From the NCBI GenBank assembly GCA_963792945.1, contig CAWBYM010000004.1, forward strand, positions 397,800 to 461,799: a stretch of DNA of 64,000 bases, written 5' to 3'. Origin of the DNA: an uncultured delta proteobacterium. Its GTDB lineage: Bacteria > Desulfobacterota > Desulfobacteria > Desulfobacterales > SG8-13. Positions 20,410-29,213 of the stretch are shown here, piece after piece. Both the position numbers and the translations under genes were made by a program. Positions within the stretch are counted from its first letter, which is position 1; every line of letters begins with the position of its first letter. The notes beneath the pieces were generated by a model. That model ran no database searches. It had not been told where the DNA came from and worked only from the letters and a program-made list of their open reading frames with translations.

Positions 20410-21288
20410 TTACTTTTTTGCGGCTGCCGGTTGGCTCAATTCCTTATCGATCATCTCCGACATGCCGTCCAGCGTGCGCCGCTTGACCTGCTTGCCGTTG
20501 ATGAAAACCGTCGGGACCGAACGGACGCCGACCTGCCGACCTTCGGCCATGTCCGACTGGACCGCGGCCGCGATTTCGGGATCCTGCCAGTCTTTTTCAA
20601 ATTTCGCCGCGTCCAGTTTCAGCTCGCGTACAATCTCGCGGATCTTGTCGTCGTTCAGTCGGTTGTAGTTATCGAAAAGCTTGTTGTGAAACGGCCAGAA
20701 CTGACCCTGTTTCCCGGCGGCCAAGGCGGCACGGGCGGCCGTTTCAGCGTATTTGTGGGATTGCACCGGAAAATTTTTATAGGCGACTTTAATTTTTTGG
20801 GGATATTTTTCGACCAACTGGTCGAGTAGAGACTCGAGTCTCTTGCAGTACACTCACTCGAAATCACTGAACACCGCCACCACGATAGGTGCGGCTTCGG
20901 TTCCCTTGAATGGGGCGCCGGTGGTGTTGATCTGTTCGACGAAGCTCAATTCGATGATTCTGGCGGTGTTGCTGCCCCGGCCACTGAGCAGTACCACATC
21001 GGATCCCTGGATATGATAGAGCCGGTCGAACTCTTTCCCCACTTCCAGGCCGGCCACCTGCTGTCCATCAGGCTCGAACACCTGAAGTTCGCCTTGCCGC
21101 GTGAGCACGAGGATCTTGTTGCGCGAGGTGGAAAACGCGATGTCGAGCGGCGGCTCTGTCAGATTCAACGTCTGGATGACGTTCCATTCGATGTCGGCAC
21201 CGGACACTGGTGATGATATCAGCAAGGTGAACAAGATAAGAACGGCAACAATCGATCGGGTTCGCATATACAGACTCCATTTTTCCAT
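20410..21288 (-). CDS. secreted DsbA-like thiol:disulfide oxidoreductase with in-frame UGA (probable selenocysteine) in a U-V-Y-C redox motif
   Basis: Two contiguous same-frame ORFs (20854..21288 and 20410..20853) are separated only by TGA at 20854..20856. Read-through gives VAVFSDFE-U-VYCKRL, matching the FxDFxCPxC DsbA signature. Signal peptide at the N-terminus, hairpins just downstream of the UGA. Confidence 0.75.
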
Positions 21289-21575
21289 AATAAAAGATTG
21301 TCTGTCTGACGGCTGTCAACTGCAGCGGTGAAGGAAACACTCATATACAAAATGCCATCTTGAAATCGATAACTCAAGGGTTAAATTCAGCAAGCCCATC
21401 ATTATATCTTTTGTCTTTCCGCAGTCGGTTAGCGTTGCAGACGCCTTTTCCGGCGGTACCTTATGGTCGGTGAATCGTGCGCAGGATTCTTGCTTTCCCC
21501 CAATTAGTGTTTAATCTAATGTCAATTTGAGGGGTGATACTCTATCAAGGTCCGATCAACGAAAGGAGGAGAACA

Positions 21576-21998
21576 GTGAAAGACAGCGGCAGTGTTCATA
21601 AAAATATCCAGGAAATGTGTGATTGCTATTCCACGACAGACCCTTTAAGAGAGATGTCGGTTCTCAAAAACGACGCCGATAAAGACCAGGCGGCCGTTAA
21701 ATGGCTGGCTCTTGCGGCCCTGCACGGCGTGAACAATAATGCGGATAATATTTCCATTCGACGCACCGCTGACGGTAAGGTAACCGTTCAGGCCGAGTAC
21801 AGGGTGACCGAACTACCGTCCCCAGGCAACGAAGTGGGGCAAAAGATATTCCAAGCCATCAGGGCCGTGACCCACATCGAGGGAGACAAGGGAAAAACCG
21901 AACTGGCCCTGGGTATGCGTGAAAGCAGCATTGGGTTGGAAGTAAAGCTAAAACAGAAAAACGGGGAGGAAAGGGTTACAATCAAATTTCCAGGATGA
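21576..21998 (+). CDS. hypothetical protein
   Basis: ORF 21534..21998 trimmed to the GTG at 21576, preceded by the strong SD AAAGGAGGAG (5-nt spacer). No family recognised. Confidence 0.6.
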   Translation: MKDSGSVHKNIQEMCDCYSTTDPLREMSVLKNDADKDQAAVKWLALAALHGVNNNADNISIRRTADGKVTVQAEYRVTELPSPGNEVGQKIFQAIRAVTHIEGDKGKTELALGMRESSIGLEVKLKQKNGEERVTIKFPG

Positions 21999-22098
21999 AT
22001 TCCGGTCGTTGAATCAACCGTGCCTGCGCTGATTCAACGACCCATCGCCAAACGGGTTTTTCCCGCATTAGCTCGATATCGGGCGGACGAGGCCATGG

Positions 22099-22611
22099 TT
22101 ACACGACTCTTCGTACAGCTGCGATGACGGCATCGTAGTCGGGTTCATCGGCAAGCTCTTTCACCAGCTGTATATAGCGCACGATTCCCTCTCTATCGAC
22201 CACGAAAATGGTTCGTGCCAGCAGGCGCGACTCTTTTACAAGGATACCGTAAGCACTGCCGAACGCTGCATCACGATGATCGGACAACGTGACCACTTTA
22301 TCGATGCTTGCCACTCCGCACCAGCGCTTCTGTGCAAAGGGCAGATCCATGCTTACGGTCAGAATGATAACGTCATCACCCAATTTGCCGGCTTCGGCGT
22401 TGAACCGCCGGGTTTCCACGTCGCAGGTGGGCGTGTCGAGAACCAAGGCGCTAATCACGCAAACCTTACCCCGATAGGACGAAAGTCGCACCTCGTCCAT
22501 TTCATTGCCAAGGACCGTGACATCCGGCGCAACATCACCGACTTTCAATTCCTGACCAACCAGTGTAACCGGTTTTCCACCGACAGTAACGAGACCAGAT
22601 CGGTCTGCCAT
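22099..22611 (-). CDS. tpx: thiol peroxidase (atypical 2-Cys peroxiredoxin, Tpx)
   Basis: 170 aa with LDTPTCDVETRRFN around the peroxidatic Cys. Size and overall pattern are typical of Tpx. Confidence 0.9.
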   Translation of the reverse strand: MADRSGLVTVGGKPVTLVGQELKVGDVAPDVTVLGNEMDEVRLSSYRGKVCVISALVLDTPTCDVETRRFNAEAGKLGDDVIILTVSMDLPFAQKRWCGVASIDKVVTLSDHRDAAFGSAYGILVKESRLLARTIFVVDREGIVRYIQLVKELADEPDYDAVIAAVRRVV

Positions 22612-23121
22612 GTTTCTTCCTCTTTCTTTTCCTTAGTTAGACACAATCTCAGGATCGCATTGGATTGCGCAAGGCGTAAACGAATGTCAATAACTATTAA
22701 CCGGAGAACCAAGCTTAAGGGTAATGACAAAAAATTTGAAGTCAACTGACCACCGCTATCCTTATTCCTTTATCATTTTGTGTGTTGCTGCCTGTGGGTG
22801 AATTCAAGATGTAATATGCGGAAGAGGGATAGGAAATACACGGTTTTTTCGTCCGGATATTTCATGAAAGATTGGGGATAGACGGCCTTCGTTAACTTTA
22901 AGGATCTTCACCTGTCGCTTGACTTACCCTTTACCTATGGTATGAACTGTAAAGTCATTTTCGACGGCGATATCCATGCAGTATGAGACGCGACGCGAGA
23001 GTGCGGTCCATATAACATTCATAGACTCCTTTTGTTCGTCGATTTCCCTGTCTTGCCGGGGTTCATAACAAATTTCAAGAAACAGCCCGAATTCAACCAC
23101 AGCCAAATTTGAGGAGATGCC

Positions 23122-24138
23122 GTGAAAAAGGGCGCTGTTCATCTTCTACTCGTTGTCGTTACTTTGACCCTTTTCTGCCCGGTGGTTCAGGCAGAACAAA
23201 AGGAAGTGGCCATCGGGTACCAGCTCATTTTCAATCCCTGGAAAGCCGCCATCGCCCGTGGCGATTTTGAGAAAGCCACCGGCTACACGATCAATTGGCT
23301 CAAATTCGATTCTTCCGGAAAACTGCTGCCCGCTATCACATCCGGCGATGTCCAAATCGGCTTGTTGGGGTCGACGGGCGTGGCCACGGCCATGTCGCGG
23401 GGACTGGAGGTGGAACTGTTCTGGGTTGCGGAAGGGATAGCCTCAGCCAAAGCCCTCGTGGTCCGGGATGGTTCAGGCATCGTCGCTCCTCAGGACCTTA
23501 AAGGTAAGAAACTGGCCACCCCCTTCGTATCGACGACCCATTTTCACACCCTCTTCGCCCTGGAACAGTTCGGTATCGGTCCCGGGGAGGTGACCATCTT
23601 GAACCTGCCCCCCAACGGTCTGGCGGCCGCCTGGCAGAGAGGGGATATCGATGCCGCCTTTGTCTGGGATCCCGCACTTTCGACCATAAAGAAGAACGGA
23701 AAGGTCCTGATTACCTCCGGCGATCTGGGGCGATGGGGCAAGCCGACCTTCGACGGGTTGATCGTCGATCGTAAATTTTCACACGGTCATCCCCAGTTCA
23801 TGGCCCAATTCGTATCGGTCTTGGCACAGACGGATGCCGAATATCGGGACAATCCGGTCGCCTGGACTCCTGATTCCCAACCGGTTCAGGCCATTGTGGG
23901 CCTTGTCGGAGGAAACCCGGCCGATGTGCCCGGTGTGCTGGCCAGTTACGTTTTCCCAACCTTGGAGCAGCAGGCTTCATGCCAATGGTTGGGTTGCGGC
24001 GGGGACGGCGGTGCAGCCAGGGCCTTGCTGGCCACAGCCGAGTTTCTCAAAAACGAGAAAAAAATACCGGCCGCACTGCCCGATTACAGCCCTTATGTGA
24101 ACCCGAAGTGGGTGGAAATGGCCCTGAAAAACCGCTGA
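23122..24138 (+). CDS. NitT/TauT-family ABC transporter substrate-binding protein (TauA-like)
   Basis: 338 aa. GTG start with SD GAGGAG, signal peptide MKKGAVHLLLVVVTLTLFCPVVQA, and a TauA/SsuA-like periplasmic binding fold by sequence feel. Confidence 0.8.
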   Translation: MKKGAVHLLLVVVTLTLFCPVVQAEQKEVAIGYQLIFNPWKAAIARGDFEKATGYTINWLKFDSSGKLLPAITSGDVQIGLLGSTGVATAMSRGLEVELFWVAEGIASAKALVVRDGSGIVAPQDLKGKKLATPFVSTTHFHTLFALEQFGIGPGEVTILNLPPNGLAAAWQRGDIDAAFVWDPALSTIKKNGKVLITSGDLGRWGKPTFDGLIVDRKFSHGHPQFMAQFVSVLAQTDAEYRDNPVAWTPDSQPVQAIVGLVGGNPADVPGVLASYVFPTLEQQASCQWLGCGGDGGAARALLATAEFLKNEKKIPAALPDYSPYVNPKWVEMALKNR

Positions 24139-24441
24139 TACGAAGGACCGTATTGCTCCACCGCTAATCGATGTCGGATACCCCGCGACCTTTGCTGAGC
24201 CGGCGGCCATGCACGGTCGATGGCCCATCGATATCGAAATGGATCTCCGCCCCGGGTGGAGGGCGCGGGACCGCAGCGTTTTGCGGAATTGCGGTGATCC
24301 CCAACACATTCGAATTTTTGGAGAACGATACCATTCGGGGTGGTTGCGCGAAGCCCATTCTGCGGATGTTACTGGGTGGCCTCCGCCCGGCAGGAGGAAG
24401 TTCTCTGAGTCACAACCCGGGCAGAACCTTCCGAGGGATTC

Positions 24442-25244
24442 TTGGCCAAACTCGAAATTCAAAATGTCTCGCTCGATTTTCCGGGCCAAAACTCCGGTGA
24501 CAATATTCCGGTTCTCGACAAGGTCAATCTATCCGTCGATGGCTGGGAAGTCCTGGTCGTGTTGGGGCCGTCCGGGTGCGGAAAGACAACCTTGCTGAAC
24601 CTGCTGGCCGGATTCATCCGGCCCTCAGGGGGTCTGGTACTGCTTGACGGCCAGGAGGTGGTCGGGCCCCACAAAAACCGCGGGGTCGTTTTTCAGAAAC
24701 ATGCGCTCCTGCCCTGGCTGACTGTCATTGAAAACGCCGAATTCGGGCTCATGCTGCAAGGGGTCCCCAGGTTGGAGCGGCGCGAGGTGTCGCGGCGCTT
24801 TCTGTCTCTCGTCGGGCTGGAAGAATTCCAGGATTATCCGATTTATCAACTGTCGGGTGGAATGCAGCAGCGTTTAGGCATTGCAAGGGTGTTGAGCAGC
24901 GATCCCCAAATAATGTTAATGGACGAGCCCTTCGGCGCACTGGAGCCTTTACCCGGGACAGTATGCAGGAGTTGCTCTTGAATGTCTGGTCCGACACCCG
25001 CAAGATGATTTTGTTCATCACCCACAGCGTCGAGGAAGCCCTCTTCCTGGCGACCCGCCTGGTGGTGATGTCTCCCAGGCCCGGCCGAATTGTCCATTCT
25101 TTCGAGCTCGATTTTTCCCGGCGATATCTCGAACAGATGGATTCTCGGGCCATCAAGTCACAGCCGGATTACATCGCCATGCGGGAAATAATATACGCCC
25201 TTATCCGGCAGCAAGGCTTTGCGTCTTCAGGGGGCAGCGATTAG
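24442..25244 (+). pseudogene. NitT/TauT-family ABC transporter ATP-binding protein (TauB-like) with a 1-nt deletion in the D-loop codon
   Basis: ORF 24442..24981 carries Walker A GPSGCGKTT, the signature LSGGMQQR and Walker [12 protein letters not shown], then goes out of frame. ORF 24963..25244 continues with [20 protein letters not shown] (H-loop). The frames rejoin if one base is restored at 24943..24945 ([15 protein letters not shown]). Confidence 0.8.
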
Positions 25245-25320
25245 TTACGAAGATAGATCCGCTACCGGGCGCCAAATACAGCGAGAAGGGGCTCAGGTCG
25301 GAGGAATGCCTGGGTTATAA

Positions 25321-26172
25321 ATGAAAGTGCCAGAGTGGATATCCATGCTCCGCCCTGAAACCGGCAAAGGCCGAATCCCGGTGGGTGAGGCTTACGGGGT
25401 ACCCGGCAAGGGACGCAGCCTGGCGATCAGTATCTTCACCGTCGTGACCCTGATCTTCTTGTGGTGGGCGTTGACCCGGTGGCGTGCCGTGGACTCCTTG
25501 TTTTTACCGTCGCCTGCCGCCGTATGGGACCGGGCCATAGAGGTCGCAACGACCGGGTTCGGTGGCTCCTCGCTCTGGGCCCATGCGTGGATCAGTATTT
25601 ACAGGGTGTTTTCGGCTTTTCTGCTTTCCTGTTTGACAGCCATACCGGTTGGTTTGGCCATGGGCATGAACCGGATTTTCAGGGGGGTGTTCGACCCACC
25701 GATCGAGTTTTACCGGCCGATACCGCCATTGGCCTACCTGCCGCTGATCATTATCTGGTTCGGCATCGGTGAAATCTCGAAGATCATCCTCATTTACCTG
25801 GCCTGTTTTGCTCCGATGACGCTGAGCACGAGGGCCGGCGTTCGATCGGTGTCCATCGAACAGATCCATGTGGCGTATTCCCTGGGAGCGACACGGGCAC
25901 AGGTTGTTCGGCATGTGGTGCTCAAGGCGGCTCTGCCGGAAATATTGACCGGTATGCGGATCGGAATCGGTTTCGGCTGGACGACACTGGTTGCGGCCGA
26001 AATGGTGGCGGCGGCAGCGGGTTTGGGTTACATGATTCTGAATGCCTCGGAATTTCTGGTGACCGATGTGGGCGTGATGGGAATTGTGGTCATCGGCGTG
26101 ATTGCCTTGCTCAGCGACCTTCTAATGCGGTATCTGGAAACCAAGCTGGTACCCTGGAAGGGCAAAGTCTGA
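25321..26172 (+). CDS. NitT/TauT-family ABC transporter permease (TauC-like)
   Basis: 283 aa, a multi-TM BPD-type permease with an EAA-like loop (YSLGATRAQVVRHVVLKAALPEI). Confidence 0.85.
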   Translation: MKVPEWISMLRPETGKGRIPVGEAYGVPGKGRSLAISIFTVVTLIFLWWALTRWRAVDSLFLPSPAAVWDRAIEVATTGFGGSSLWAHAWISIYRVFSAFLLSCLTAIPVGLAMGMNRIFRGVFDPPIEFYRPIPPLAYLPLIIIWFGIGEISKIILIYLACFAPMTLSTRAGVRSVSIEQIHVAYSLGATRAQVVRHVVLKAALPEILTGMRIGIGFGWTTLVAAEMVAAAAGLGYMILNASEFLVTDVGVMGIVVIGVIALLSDLLMRYLETKLVPWKGKV

Positions 26173-26459
26173 CACCAATCGTGCGGCAAATGCCCGAACT
26201 CAACGATATTGTGGGTGTCTGAAAGTCCGCTCCATTCGGTCAGACAAAGAACCCGTAATTGTAAGGTTACCGGGGCAACGACGACAAAAAAAGATCGGAC
26301 AGTCGCTTTTCTATCGGTCTTAATCTTGTTGTCGGCCACGGCCGGACTATCGGAAGCGTTCTGGAACAAGAAACCGATCAATACCAATTGGCAGGGAGCC
26401 GCATCGAATCGAAAGATCCGGTCAATTCGTAAAGGCATCCAAAAGTTGGCGAGGTCAGC

Positions 26460-27932
26460 ATGGCGAATTTCGAATTTGATATCGGAATCATCGGTGGCGG
26501 GGCAGCCGGCCTGACGACCACAGCCGGGGCTGCTCAACTGGGGGCAAAAACGCTGTTGATAGAAAAAGACCACCAGCTTGGCGGCGATTGCCTTCATTTT
26601 GGCTGTGTCCCCAGCAAAACATTGATCAAAAGCGCTCATATCTACCACCAAATGAAGAATGCGGCCGATTTTGGTTTGCCGGCAGTCGATGTGCCGCCGG
26701 TGGACTTCAAATCGGTATCCCAGAGGATTAAGTCGGTCATCGACACCATTCAAAAACACGATTCCGAAGAGCGGTTCTGCAAACTCGGCGCCAAGGTGGT
26801 ATTCGGCGATGCCCGCTTTGTTGATGGACATACCGTGAGGGTAGGCGACACCGCCTATTCGGCCAAGAATTGGGTTATCTCCACCGGGTCATCCCCGGTG
26901 GCCCCGCCGATTCCCGGATTGGCCGACACGCCCTACTTGACCAATCGCGAGATTTTTTACTTGGATCACCTGCCGGTTTCCATGATCGTACTTGGGGCCG
27001 GCCCGATCGGTTGCGAGATGGGACAGGCATTCAACCGTCTCGGCAGTCACGTGACCATTCTCGATGTGGCCGAACAGATCCTGGGCAAAGAAGACAAAGA
27101 CATGGCGGATGCCGTCATGGACGTCATGACCGTTGAAGGCGTTCGGTTTTATCTGGGAGCTAAAATCGAGTCTGTCAGGGACCTCGGAGACCTAAAAGAG
27201 GTATCTCTCAGGACTTCCGAAGGTCAGGCAGTGTTATTGGCGGCTGAAACCATTTTGGTCGCTGCGGGGCGAGGTGCGAACGTCAATGGGCTCGGATTGG
27301 AGACCATCGGCGTCGAGTTCGACCGGCGGGGCGTTAGGGTCGACAACCGCCTGAGAACGACCCGAAAGCATATTTATGCAGCCGGTGATGTCAACGGCGG
27401 CTATCAATTCACCCACGCCGCCGGCTATGAAGGCGGCATCGTCGTCAGCAATGCCATATTTCGTCTGCCCCGTAAGGCCGATTACACCTATCTTCCCTGG
27501 TGCACTTTCACGGATCCTCCGCTTGGCAGCATTGGAATGAACGAGACTGCGGCTCGGAATGCCGGTATCAAATATTCAGTTTGGACCGAAGCTTTCAAAG
27601 ACAATGATCGCAGCCTCGCCGAGGGCGAACGGCGCGGCAAGATAAAAATGATATTGGACAGCAGGGAGAAGCCGATCGGCGTTCAGATAATGGGTCCAAA
27701 TGCCGGAGATTTGATCGGTGAGTGGGTGGCGATTTTCAACGGCAAGGTCAAACTGTCGACCCTGGCGGCAGCGGTCCACCCGTATCCCACCATCGGTGAA
27801 ATAAACAAGAGGGTGGCGGGCAACTATTTCTCTCCTAAAATATTCTCCGACAGGGTCAAGGGCACCCTGAAATTCTTTTTCAATCTCAAGGGGCGGGCAT
27901 GCGGCCCGGAAGAGTGTTCACCAAATCGTTGA
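26460..27932 (+). CDS. class I pyridine nucleotide-disulfide oxidoreductase (dihydrolipoamide dehydrogenase / mercuric reductase-like)
   Basis: 490 aa with FAD motif IGGGAAG, redox-active GGDCLHFGCVPSK, an NAD motif and a C-terminal dimerisation domain with HPYPT. The antisense ORF 26028..26831 is a shadow. Confidence 0.85.
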   Translation: MANFEFDIGIIGGGAAGLTTTAGAAQLGAKTLLIEKDHQLGGDCLHFGCVPSKTLIKSAHIYHQMKNAADFGLPAVDVPPVDFKSVSQRIKSVIDTIQKHDSEERFCKLGAKVVFGDARFVDGHTVRVGDTAYSAKNWVISTGSSPVAPPIPGLADTPYLTNREIFYLDHLPVSMIVLGAGPIGCEMGQAFNRLGSHVTILDVAEQILGKEDKDMADAVMDVMTVEGVRFYLGAKIESVRDLGDLKEVSLRTSEGQAVLLAAETILVAAGRGANVNGLGLETIGVEFDRRGVRVDNRLRTTRKHIYAAGDVNGGYQFTHAAGYEGGIVVSNAIFRLPRKADYTYLPWCTFTDPPLGSIGMNETAARNAGIKYSVWTEAFKDNDRSLAEGERRGKIKMILDSREKPIGVQIMGPNAGDLIGEWVAIFNGKVKLSTLAAAVHPYPTIGEINKRVAGNYFSPKIFSDRVKGTLKFFFNLKGRACGPEECSPNR

Positions 27933-28020
27933 TGGCCTTCTCTCGGTTATGGGCCTGTAAGAGATATCACCCTCGACAGGACATCAGCCCCTCGAGCGCA
28001 TTCAATACGGGAGTCGGTAC

Positions 28021-28719
28021 ATGGATTCGGTTGATAGGCAAGTGCACGTGAACCGCGGGAAGGCGATTGTGAAAGCCGTTATACTGGCGGCATTCATTGC
28101 CGGTGCCATTGTTCTGGTGCGGTTCACAGCGGTAAAAGATGCCCTGACAGCGGAACAGTTGGGAAATTTTCTGGATACCGCCGGCATCTGGGCCCCCTTG
28201 GTGTTTATCCTGATCTACACCATCGGGGTCTGCCTGTTTGTCCCCGGCACTCTTCTCACCGGATTGGGAGCAGCGATCTTCGGTCCCTACTGGGGATTCC
28301 TTTACGTTTGGTTTGGGGCTATGCTGGGGGCATGCGCCGCATTCGTCATAGGTCGGACCCTGGGCCGGGAGTTCGCCGCCTCGCTGGTCGGTGATCGCTT
28401 GAAAAAATACGATGAAGCCATAGAACGCAACGGTTTTGCCACCGTCCTGTACCTGCGGCTGGTTTACTTTCCCTTTACGCCGATGAACTTCGGGATGGGG
28501 CTGACCCGGGTGCGATTCCGGGATTACGCGGCTGGAACAGGTTTGGGTATCATTGTCGGTACCTTCATATTCACTTTCTTCATTGGCACGATAAAGGACG
28601 TCTGGGCCACGGGAAACTGGGGCGAGCTGGTGTCTTTCAAGGTGTTTTTCTCACTTGCATTATTTGTGTTTTCGTTCTTTATTCCTAAAATAATCAAAAG
28701 GCTGCGCAGGGAAGCCTGA
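28021..28719 (+). CDS. TVP38/TMEM64 (DedA/SNARE-associated) family membrane protein
   Basis: 232 aa, a multi-TM protein with FVPGTLLTGLGAAIFG and RLVYFPFTPMNF segments typical of the family. Confidence 0.8.
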   Translation: MDSVDRQVHVNRGKAIVKAVILAAFIAGAIVLVRFTAVKDALTAEQLGNFLDTAGIWAPLVFILIYTIGVCLFVPGTLLTGLGAAIFGPYWGFLYVWFGAMLGACAAFVIGRTLGREFAASLVGDRLKKYDEAIERNGFATVLYLRLVYFPFTPMNFGMGLTRVRFRDYAAGTGLGIIVGTFIFTFFIGTIKDVWATGNWGELVSFKVFFSLALFVFSFFIPKIIKRLRREA

Positions 28720-28742
28720 GGCGGTGGAGGGCAATACCATGG

Positions 28743-29193
28743 ATGACCCTCCGTGATTTCCTGACCGGTTATCGAGTACTCGATTGAGATCGGCGGAAGG
28801 GCCGGCGTCCAGGGGATTCACGAATGAATCCGGGTTCGCGGCTTCAAATATTCGGATATCCTGGCGTTGCCGGTGATACAAAAAGATGTCCTTTTGATCT
28901 GCCTGGGTGTATTCGCCAACTTCGGCCGCTGGAAAGGGATCACCATCACAGAGCTTCTTCAGGTCGCCCCAACAGGCAGCGGCGTCACCCATATAACGAT
29001 ACATGGGCCGGATGAGAAATCGAAGCGTTTTACGGTATCCGATATCCTCTCGGATGCCGTGTTTCTCGCCTATGAGGTCAACGGGCAGGTATTGCCCCAG
29101 AACCACGGCTACCCTTTGCGGGCTGTGGCGGATGGATACTTCGGTTTCGATTGTATCAAAGCCGTCCATAGAATCGACATCGACAAACTTTAG
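28743..29193 (+). pseudogene. small sulfite-oxidase-fold (molybdopterin-binding) domain protein, N-terminal part disrupted
   Basis: 28867..29193 encodes ..LICLGVFANFGRWKGITITELL..NGQVLPQNHGYPLRAVADGYFGFDCIKAVHRIDI, an SUOX-fold pattern. The upstream part of the domain is only readable across one frame change (about 28765..28787) and one in-frame TGA (28825..28827). ATG 28743 gives MTLRDFLTG, a degenerate Tat-like motif. The opposite-strand ORF 28660..29169 was rejected. Confidence 0.4.
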
Positions 29194-29213
29194 CAGGCAA
29201 ACAGAGGAAACCC

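Noticed and set aside
28825-28827. In-frame TGA in the SUOX-fold gene as a second selenocysteine codon
   Set aside because: The codon is not at a Cys-equivalent or redox position. The gene also needs a separate frame change, and no convincing downstream hairpin was seen. Pseudogene or error is more parsimonious.
28660-29169. 169-aa minus-strand ORF between the DedA-like gene and acnA
   Set aside because: The plus strand in the same interval encodes an obvious SUOX-fold C-terminal domain. The minus-strand product has no motif and overlaps the 3' end of the DedA-like gene.
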